From: Eledone cirrhosa
Lineage: Eukaryota
Direction: 5' to 3'
Length of the DNA: 64,000 nt
Assembly: GCA_964016885.1 (NCBI GenBank)
Contig: OZ024741.1
Location: 69,440,001-69,504,000 of the forward strand
Shown: positions 53,467 to 64,000 of the stretch, in pieces
Position numbering within the stretch: position 1 is the stretch's first letter
Layout: each line of letters begins with the position of its first letter
Program-made: the position numbers and the translations under genes
Notes under the pieces: model-generated
What the model saw: only the letters and a program-made list of their open reading frames with translations
Told to the model about the DNA's origin: nothing
Databases searched by the model: none

Positions 53467-54921
53467 TACATATACAGAAGGGAATTTTCTAAGAATTTTT
53501 GTTATTTAGGTTTAGGCAGTAAATGGATATATCAGTGGTGATGGTTGAAGTGGGGGTGGTGTTGGTGGTAGTGTTGCTGGTGGTGTTGTTAGTGGTGATG
53601 GTGGCCATAATGTGTGAATGACAAATGGATGTGATGATGATGGTAGTGGTTGTGGTGGTGGCAGTGGTGGTCATGGTGGTGGTGGTGGTGGTCGCGGCAG
53701 TGGTTGTGACAATGCTGGTGGAAGTTGTTGTGGCAATGATGATGATAGGGGGAGAAAGCGGTGGAATATTCATGTATAAAGAAAGAGATGTATTACATTG
53801 AAGTCAAAGAGGTCTCCATACATTCAAAATAAATGAGAAATATCTGAGACACTCCTCTCTCTATAGAATGGCTCCTTATTTTATTTCATATTTCATTCAT
53901 TATTTTTTTTTCTGAATTTTAACATGGAAATTATTGTAATATATAATTGGATAGCAATAATTAGGATGGAATAACCTCTATTGTTCCTGCCGTGTGTAGG
54001 TGTGTGTGTGTGTTTATATAATGCAGACACATGTACGTGCACTTCCAACAATGATACACCAACCACACACACAGACAGAAGCAATAATTCACACACATAA
54101 AATGAAACCCATCTGAACACACATAACACATGTGGATTCTCCACCTAGGTCCCCTCTCCTGAATGCCTAATTACCCCTCCCCCAGCCTTCTTAAAACCTT
54201 TTTTTCAAACTCTGATGTTCCAACCTTTTCTCTCTCTTTGAAGTCGCCAATTACCAAAGAAGGACTCATGTCCAAAACAATGAACCCACTTCTACTTCTT
54301 CCTAAGCACGAAACTAATAAGACTTTGTTTTTGCATGTGCGTGTATTGTGATTTCTAGAAGTAATTGCTTTAGTTTCAACACATGAGCTCAGATCAAGTC
54401 ACTTGCCAGACAACTCCGATGTCTATAATATATATTAGTAATACAATATGAAGGCTAGATTTCATAACTTCTTTAATCCTTTAGTTAGTGACCCAGCCAA
54501 AACTGGTTCTGGTTCTATGATATAAAACTACCCATTTCATTTTAAATTAAAATCTTCCAACATAATTTTATATAAGTTAGTAGTAATTAACTAATTAAAA
54601 TAGAGTGTATTTCATTAGAAGTGTGGTCATGAAAGAGTTGATTATGCAATAAGGCATCTATATATAAATTTGAGCGACTTCTGTCCGTCACATTATGTGT
54701 GTGTTTGTATGAATGTAAGGGGATGGGGAAAACTATAGCAAAACTGGATGGCGTTCCATTTGCTACATTGTGAGTATGTGTGTGTGTTTGTATGAATGTT
54801 TGTGTGTGAATGTATGTCTGTGATTGTGTATTTTTTAAGTGTGTCTGTGTTTGCACATACACACACATAAGCATCACAGTATTGAAAAACATTCTAGTAA
54901 TATATATTTCTGTGGTGAAAT

Positions 54922-54962
54922 GGTTAAGACATGATTCTATGACACAACATCTTCAGCTGACC
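54922..54962 (-). ncRNA. Degenerate minimal hammerhead motif
   Basis: Minus strand: ggtcag-CTGAAGA-tgttgtgtcata-GAAT-catg-TC-ttaacc. Confidence 0.5.
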
Positions 54963-55351
54963 CATTAGGTAATCTGTTAATAAGGCACTGTAATGTCTTG
55001 ATATTGAGACAGATCTCTGTTTGATGTTGTTATTCCAAATGTCTCCATACCAGTTATAGTTACATTAATTTTCCAGTGTGTGTTGGAAGGTGGGGTTAAT
55101 AGGAGGGTTTTTCTTTTACCACTCATTGCCATGTCTACTTGTCCCTGGTTTTGAAGTTAATTGATGATGATACTGACAAGGGCTTCCCCTGCTATAACCC
55201 TTTCTTTGTCAGTACCTTAGGCATGAGGATTCCACTTCACATGTGTATAAATATTTTTGTGTTTGTTTCCTCAATATTACATTTCTTTAGGTTACTCTAT
55301 TGTCAATTATCATTGTTTTATATTCTATAATTTATCTTATTATTGTTATTA

Positions 55352-56480
<1,129 letters not shown>

Positions 56481-56502
56481 ATAAACAGTAATAAGTCACG
56501 AC

Positions 56503-56665
56503 GATGGCCCTTTACAGTCTGAGTTCAAATTCCATCAAGGTTAACTTTGCCTTTCATTCTTACAGGGTCGATAAAATTAAGCACCAGTTACGAACTGGGG
56601 TTGATTTAATCGACTTTCCTCTCCCCAAATATTGTTGGCCTTGTACCTAAATCAGAAACCATTAT
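56503..56665 (+). mobile_element. Family-A SINE
   Basis: B box and core as in the other copies. Confidence 0.8.
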
Positions 56666-57137
56666 TAACATTGACAAAGTTAGACAGTTGGACAAAAGCT
56701 TAGCAGTATTTATTCCGGCTCTTTAAGTTCTAAGTTCAAATTTTGCCACAATATCAAATCTCACATTCTAACGTGATCACTATCAGAGATGGAAGTATAG
56801 AACTCTGAAAGAAACCTAACTATAGCTTTTGTATATTGAATTCATGAAATATTTCCTTGTATTGTATTGTATTGTGTGTGTATCGAAGGGGTCTATATAT
56901 GTGTATGTATACATACACACACCACACGTGTGTGTGTATGATAGCAACAAACCAGAATAATAGTGCATAGAGTAGAAAACATCTTATGAATGCCTTATAA
57001 TTATCTGTTGCCTATAGTTACAGCTACCCAGATCAATTTCTTAGAGAATCTTTCAATAATCAATGCATATATACAGTTAAACACACACACACACACACAC
57101 ACATACATATATATATTTACAAATACACACATATGTT

Positions 57138-57169
<32 letters not shown>

Positions 57170-57209
57170 CTAACTATCATTCAAACTAAAGAACTTCCTA
57201 TCTCTCTCT

Positions 57210-57257
<48 letters not shown>

Positions 57258-57693
57258 TTATGTATCTAGATCTATGTCATTCTCTGTATGGTTCATTTTT
57301 TTTAAGGTTGTAGGGTGTCGTAGTTGATGTCAATATGTTATATTTGGCTGCTATTTCTAACTGTTGTTCATAAACACACTGTCCTCTCTCTGCTGTTTTT
57401 CCTATTGCTATTACAGTGTCTTCTGCTCTTTAAAACTGGCTGGTTGTGTGTCACTTCTGAGCCCTCACCAATTCATTCTTTTCTTTTGTCACCCATAGTA
57501 TCTTCCCTCTCCCAAGCCCAGCTCTAACCACTGTACCCAGTTTTTTTTCAGTCCCAGAGTATCAACTTCTTGAAATTCACTCCCTGTACATGTTTTTCCT
57601 GTAGTTTGTTGACTTGTAGTGGTTCAAGAGCAACATAAACCCTTAATGTCCTGTACCACATAGAACTACATCATTAAAACAGTCTTAAAAACT

Positions 57694-57889
57694 ATGAGGG
57701 TCGGCTGAAAAGTTCATAGCTTGACTATGAAGGAGTGATGCTAGGGCTGTGAAATCTTGCATGTGTTAATTTCAACTCTTCTTATTAACTGCATTGTTTC
57801 CTTCCAGAGAGTATGTTGAAAAATAAACCTCATTTTGTCATCCCATGAGAGTATCTTGGTCAGCCTATGAACTTTTCAGCTAAACCTCA
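57694..57889. mobile_element. Mariner-type MITE
   Basis: TIR tgagggtcggctgaaaagttcatag / ctatgaacttttcagctaaacctca. Confidence 0.8.
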
Positions 57890-58208
57890 CACAAAACAGC
57901 ACTATAACTGCTTCACATTAGAAATTAAAACTTTCATTCTAAAACTGCACACTTTCACTGTGATCTGTCCACTAATGATACTAAAATCACTTAAATTAAC
58001 AAACCATGTTTTTCATTTTCTCCTAAATCATTACAAAATGTAAAGAGTTAAATCAAGTCACCAGCGATACACTTTACTGCATTACAAGGTTTTACACTAT
58101 AAACATTTGAATTAACAGACCCTGTTTTTTTTAGATATTTTCTGGTAAATTGTTACAGAATGTTAAGATTTAATCAAGCCAGTTCTACTGGTCTTGGCAT
58201 AGGGGTGC

Positions 58209-58405
58209 TATACAAGGGGGTGCTGAAAAGTTCCTGGCTTTAGGTAAAAGAAAATGCAGGAGGATCAGTTCAAAGAAAATACAGGAGGATGATTTTATTC
58301 AACATATTCCCCTCTCAGATTGCAAGTGGTCCTACCTGCCTTGTAAAGATAACAGCTCTACCCTTTCGCAATACCCTTAAAGCCAGGAATTTTTCAGCAC
58401 CCTCT
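58209..58405. mobile_element. Mariner-type MITE (another family)
   Basis: TIR gggtgctgaaaagttcctggcttta / taaagccaggaatttttcagcaccc. Confidence 0.8.
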
Positions 58406-58694
58406 CATCCTTTCCTTCATCAAACTAAGCCAATAAAGAAAATCAATTCCAGCCATAACTATCCTATATAGTTTTGGGATAGAATGAACCCAGCATTAGG
58501 GTCTTTATTTAATATGGCAGTGTGAGAATTTTAGGGAAACTTCATTGCTATTTCCAGCAGGTTAAGAGACCACATAGTGTATCCTTCATATGTTATTGAA
58601 CAGATTAATTATAACAGATATATTGATTCCCATATAATGGATCCTAATTTTTCATTTGAACCACATTTCAGTAATCATTTGTTCTTTATAACTC

Positions 58695-58745
<51 letters not shown>

Positions 58746-58750
58746 CGATC

Positions 58751-59138
58751 AACAACTGATTCTTTTTTTCAAATACCACTTTGGAAGAAGAATCAGGATG
58801 GAGAGAGAGGTGCTGTACCCCAGTAAGTTTTATGAAAGGTGGGTGAAAGTGACGAGAATGGCCAGAGTGAATGGGCCTTCTCTCTATATCAGCCTGTAGG
58901 TTGAGGAAAAGGAGGAGGAGAGGAAAGGAGTACAAACTCTTCGTACTCCTGGAGATGAGGGTTGCACATTTTTTCGGGGGTATGTGTTACCCATATGAAC
59001 TGTCTCCCCCTATTGGGGAAAATCGACTAATTTGTTAAATTGCATTTGTGATAATATTTTACACGTTTTTATTGTATGTAAACTTCCCCCTTTGTATTTG
59101 TCCCCTTCTTTTGTGCCCCTGTGGCTAATAAAGAAACA
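58751..59138 (+). mobile_element. 5'-truncated LINE (L1/Tx1-like 3' end) with 14-bp TSD
   Basis: Flanked by tatctatctcgatc direct repeats; remnant peptide RIRMEREVLYPSKFYERWVKV; ends aataaagaaa. The clade assignment is tentative. Confidence 0.6.
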
Positions 59139-59305
59139 TATCTATCTCGATCCATCCATCGTTGATTAACAAGTCTGATTTGCAGATTGGGGTGGAGTCT
59201 GATCTAATGTGAAACCTTGCTTTGTTTTTAATATATAAATTCTGCCTTAGCATAGTGCTGATTTTGCTACCATTTTAAGTAAACCACGAATCTACTGAAC
59301 CACCT

Positions 59306-59357
<52 letters not shown>

Positions 59358-59392
59358 TTCATTATAATTGACCCCTCTCTCTTCTCTTTCAG

Positions 59393-59459
59393 GGAACTGC
59401 TGTCTAAGGATATTGTTGTCAAACAATACATGAACAAGAATCAACAAATTATTTTGAGA
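59393..59459 (+). CDS. ADAM prodomain exon B
   Basis: ctctcttctctttcAG acceptor and GTAAGT donor; 67 nt, g+ELLSKDIVVKQYMNKNQQIILR; its only open frame matches the phase of exon A. Confidence 0.9.
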
Positions 59460-59524
59460 GTAAGTTATTCCAGAGTTCTTTCATTCTCATTGAGTTGTTG
59501 CTGTTATTATTAATAAATATATCA

Positions 59525-60172
59525 GGGCAGTGGATTAGCAGTATTGGTAAAGCATCTGGCAATAAGCTTTGTGACCTATAGTTACGTCCCTCTAATTTCT
59601 GAGTTCAAATCCTGCCATGGTTAGTTTTGCCTTTCATCCCTACAGGGTCGATAAAATAAAGTACCAGTCTCTCACAGTGGTTGTTTTAATTTACTTTCTC
59701 CCCACCTAAAATAGCTGGTTTTGTGCCTAAATCAGAAACCATTATTAATAAATATATCAGGGCAATGAATTGGCAGAATCTGTAGAGCATCAGACAACAT
59801 GCTTTGTGTCATAGAGTTATGACCCTTTATGTTCTGAGTTCAAATCCCACCAAGGTTAGCTTTACCTTTCAGCCTTACGGGGTTGCTAAAATAAGGTACC
59901 AGTAATGTACTGGGGTTGATTTAATCGACTTTCCCCTCCCCTCCACCAAAATTGTTGACCTTGTGTCTAAATCAGAACCATTATGAACTGGCAGTATAGG
60001 TAGAGAGTTGGACGCCATGCTTTCCAGCATAGTTACGTCCCTTTCCAATCTGAGTTCAAATCCCGCTGAGGTTAACTTTGCCTTTCATCCTTACGGGGTC
60101 GATAAAAAAAAAAAAGTACCAGTAATGCACTGGGTAATTGCTGGCCTTGTGCCAAATGTAGAAACAATTATT
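59525..60172 (+). mobile_element. Three head-to-tail family-A SINE copies
   Basis: Three successive gagttcaaatcc / tttcatcc cores. Confidence 0.85.
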
Positions 60173-61287
60173 AATAAATATATTTATGTAAAACAAACTG
60201 CATTATAGAAAAGTTAAGATAAATTAAATATCAGTATAACTTTTTTTTTGTTCTGTTTTGTCATTACAAGCCTCTCTGTGATTACTGATGAACTGTAAAC
60301 ACACTTTTGTTCATTCTCTTTATACACAGAGAAACAAACATAAAAGACGGCATCCACTATAAAACTTTGTTGATTTTGTTTGAGTTTTATAAGAGAAAAT
60401 ATGAGAAAATATTTTTTTTTAGTACGGTCATAACATCGCTACCCCAATGATGTGGGCCCAGATGGTGCAGGTGAGCATTCTCTGGTGCCTGGGAGCCCAT
60501 GTGTGCCCTCCTCGCGATCTTGGTGGCCAGGATGGAGAAATGTTGCTCGGTATTGTTGTTGTTGTCATATTATTATTTGAGTTTTTTCTCTTCCTTCAGT
60601 TTTGTTTCCATTTCTTGCTGAATGTCTTCCCAACACCTAGGGTAGAATAACTCAATGCATACATTGATAAGACACAAAATAAACACCCCAAATTGTTCGC
60701 ATCACCCACTTTACATAGTTACAAGTATATAATTTGCTTTATACATGTGTTCATTATCTGTTTAAAATCATATTTACAATAGAATGATATTCAATCATAT
60801 AAGAGTGCTGAATTTTTTACAACTTACATAATTATGCAATATAATCTAATAAAGTTATGTATTTTCTTACATAAAATTATAATGGAAATTTTTAGACAAA
60901 TATAAACACTTTGAACTAAGCAGGGTGGTTTTGGTGGTTTGATATTGAAAGGGATAAGCACTGGGTTTAGTTTAAGAAATTATGCCCTTTCCTCTCTAAA
61001 GTGGTGAATTGCTAGAATTGATAGTATTCAATATAATACCTTGCGGTGTTTGTTGTCCCTTACATTTTGAGTTTAAATGCTATTGAGACAAACTTTATTT
61101 TTCAGCCTTTTGAAGTCAATAAAATAAATTACCAGTCAAAAACTGGGGTCAATATAATCAACTGCTTCCCTCCCTATAAATTCCTGGCAGTGAGTTTCAT
61201 TAGAAATATGGTAACAAAAGGGGTTAAGAAAAAATTGTTATTGTTTTATGAGGAAGTTTCTCATTCTATGTTGTTGTTGTTGTTCAG

Positions 61288-61370
61288 AATGTCGAGCACT
61301 GTTATTACCATGGCAAGGTCAAACGAGATGAATGGTCAAGTGTTGCAGTCAGCACATGTAATGGGATCAG
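61288..61370 (+). CDS. ADAM prodomain exon C
   Basis: ttgttcAG / GTAAGA; 83 nt, NVEHCYYHGKVKRDEWSSVAVSTCNGI+ag; HCYYHG...STCxG is the hallmark of the M12B propeptide. Confidence 0.95.
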
Positions 61371-61439
61371 GTAAGAAAGCCCTCAATATTTATGTGTGTG
61401 TGTGTGTATAAAATATGTCCCATAATGATAGGACACATT

Positions 61440-61803
61440 TCTTCTTCTTCTTGTCCTCCTTCCATGGAGGATCGTGAGAAAGAGTTCTCAAGTATACCTT
61501 CCAGTGGGTCCTGTCAGAAGCACCCATCTCCAATTGATCTAGCTAGATCCCCGAGTGAGACCAACCAGGCTAGGTAGGGGACTGAATTAAGTGCAAGATT
61601 TGAAGGAGCTGGTGCAGTAATGTGCCAGCTTCTGTATTCAGACATCAGAAGGAGGGCTTTAGGTGTAAAAGATAAACTCACTATCTTCAAGTCGGTATTC
61701 ATGACAAGTTTTGTTTTTCATCCTGCAGGATGTCCAAAAATCACCCTTCTTCATCAAGCAATCTTAGTGGGGTTGCTGGTTTAGTTGCCAATGACCCACC
61801 ATG
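61440..61803. mobile_element. Rearranged RTE fragments (3' end on -, RT piece on +, 5' piece of the 1507 family on -)
   Basis: Homology to 40060-40560 in both orientations and to 1508-1610. Confidence 0.7.
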
Positions 61804-62678
61804 TGACAGATTATACTGGGCTACATGTTACCAGTAGCACTCATGAGCAACCTGACAATATATATATACAATATATCTGATTATAGTGTAGTAATTCACT
61901 ATTATCTTTGGTAAGGTAAGGGAAGCTCTATGCACAGTACAAACCTCGGTTCATTGGAAGTTTAAAACAGACAAATAAGTCATCGACAGTTAAAGATCTT
62001 GTTGAGGACAGTTCAAATAGAAGAACATTAATATTCACTATTACAAAATACTGAGGTTTATTTTTACATCCGTTTCAATAGTTACAATGGTACATGCAAT
62101 TGTAGAACAACTGGAAATGATTAGTTAGCAATACATAATACCAATAACTCACATATCTTCAGGAAAATGAGAAAGAATAAAGACCCCACATCATGCTTTC
62201 ATACGTTCCCACACTCTACCCCATGCTTTGATGGGCCAGGACCCTGCATCTCACTTACATATGTTCCCTTGCCCTACCAACTGCATTTTATAGTGGCACC
62301 GGCTCTTGGAGATTGTCATGTCTTTGATACTGCTGAAGTGTCCTCCGGACCCTATGTTTTGTAGGTTCTTTATGGCTGGATGCCCTTCCTATCATCAACT
62401 ACTCAGTGCACTGGGTGCATTTATCATATTGATCTTATACATATTTTAAGACATTAAAGTGTGATTTGATGAATTTTTCACTGCTCTTTCTAGCAACCTT
62501 AGCAACCAGATATATCATGATAGTGTATGTATGTATGTGGGTATATATGTGTGTATGTATGTATGTATGTATGTATGTGTGTATATATGTATATATATGT
62601 GTGTAGGACAAGGTCCACCTTGTGTATAATTTACTATTGAACTCATATATCTTTATATTTCTTTCTTTACAACAACAG

Positions 62679-62742
62679 AGGTGTCATACAGCTGCGCAAT
62701 GAGACCTATGTCATCCATCCACTTCAAGGAGGTGATGAGGAG
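62679..62742 (+). CDS. ADAM prodomain exon D
   Basis: ttctttacaacaacAG / GTACGT; 64 nt, a+GVIQLRNETYVIHPLQGGDEE; completes an R codon with exon C. Confidence 0.92.
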
Positions 62743-63087
62743 GTACGTATTTTCTCATAATCAGTAACTCATTGGTTTGCATCTGTTTGTGTGTTTGAAA
62801 TGGGTGAGTATTTGTGTGTGTGTATGTTTGTGTGTAGCAATTGACATGTATGTGTGCATGTACTTGTGTATATATGTATGTGTGTCATATTTATATATAT
62901 TCTAAAACATACCATATATAATTAGATATACAAAATTCATGTACGTATATGTATAAAGCTGTGTCAGGGAAAAGATTTTAATTCTACTTTCAAGCTAAAC
63001 CGGCTCATACAGCTTCATATGCAAATGAGGTTCATCAGCCCAGCTACACTGGCAAAAAAAAAATAATATATTTTCACCTGTTTCAAG

Positions 63088-63177
63088 TTCCAACAGAGAG
63101 CAGAGGAAGCATTGTCCTGATGATGGCCAGAACCTGAAATGTACATTGACAATTGTCCTCCGCTACTTCTGCTGGAA
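63088..63177 (+). ncRNA. Type I hammerhead ribozyme motif with extended stem I
   Basis: attgtc-CTGATGA-tggccagaacct-GAAA-tgtaca-TT-gacaat (core 63111-63153); stem I extends via gagga/tcctc, agc/gct, caga/tctg and ttcca/tggaa. Confidence 0.7.
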
Positions 63178-63429
63178 TCTGTTAGATGGCGCTAGCTGTC
63201 AGCCTGACAATATTCAAAGCTAGAAGTATTTCCAAATGTTTATTCTTAAACATACTGTATGTCATTAGACACACAAAATTCACATACTTATATGTATACA
63301 GCTATTGGAGTGAAAATTAAAAATAACCCTCCCCCCTCACGCACACACACATGCATAGATACAAACATATATGTATGTATATAGGCCCATTATTTTAATT
63401 TAAATATATATGTAAATACATCATCCGTT

Positions 63430-63496
<67 letters not shown>

Positions 63497-64000
63497 ATAT
63501 ATATACACCCACATGTGTATATATATATATACACACACACACATATATACACAAAACACAGATGTATATATGTGTGTTTTAATGTCATGATGCTCTATAG
63601 TTAAGAATAATTTTGAATTTTGTTGACGTTGCACTGCAGTTTTTAATTTAATGAATTTGTTTTATTAATAATTGCACTTTGATAAGAAAAATATAAAATA
63701 AAAATAATTGTTAATTAGAATTGAAAACATGTTTAATTATCACAAAGCCTAGAAATCAAATTAACATACAATGAAATGACAATGTATGTTTGTGTGTGTG
63801 TGTGTGTGTTGTCTTGTGTGTGTGTGTGTGTGTGTTTTGTGTGTGTGTGTGGACTTGTGTGTGTGTGGTCTTGTGTGTGTGTTGTCTTGTGTGTGTGTTG
63901 TTTTGTGTGTGCATATATAGGTATGTATATGTGTATCTATGCATATTTAAAAACATTCACACATGACTATATATACATATACATTTGTTTAATATATTAG

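Noticed and set aside
60278-60345. CTGATGA-actgt...acaga-GAAAC
   Set aside because: Stem II is partial, and no stem III palindrome or stem I partner was found.

Overview
AT-rich, extremely repeat-dense animal genomic DNA. The SINE/LINE families, (TA)n/(CA)n/(CT)n load and GGT arrays look like a coleoid cephalopod (Octopus-like); this is an inference, not a database result. The only host gene I can support is on the + strand: four small GT-AG exons (5043-5125, 59393-59459, 61288-61370, 62679-62742) that splice in phase into the prodomain of an ADAM metalloprotease resembling the mind-meld/UNC-71/ADAM11-22-23 group, with a 54.3-kb intron after the first visible exon. The rest is intronic: RTE, CR1, R4/Dong-like, L1/Tx1-like and Penelope-like retroelement pieces, three tRNA-derived SINE families, mariner/piggyBac/hAT-type MITEs, a small Helitron, several minisatellites (19, 49, 60, 66, 81 bp) and two multi-kb GGT-based triplet arrays. 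Nearly all long ORFs in the supplied track are repeat artefacts. The most notable signals are RNA-structural: two well-formed sense-strand minimal type I hammerhead ribozyme motifs (51299-51369, 63111-63153), several degenerate ones including a head-to-head pair, and a 56-position gap-free hairpin (4696-4812) whose 10 transition mismatches are all G-U on the sense strand. All structures were paired by eye; none has been tested computationally or experimentally.
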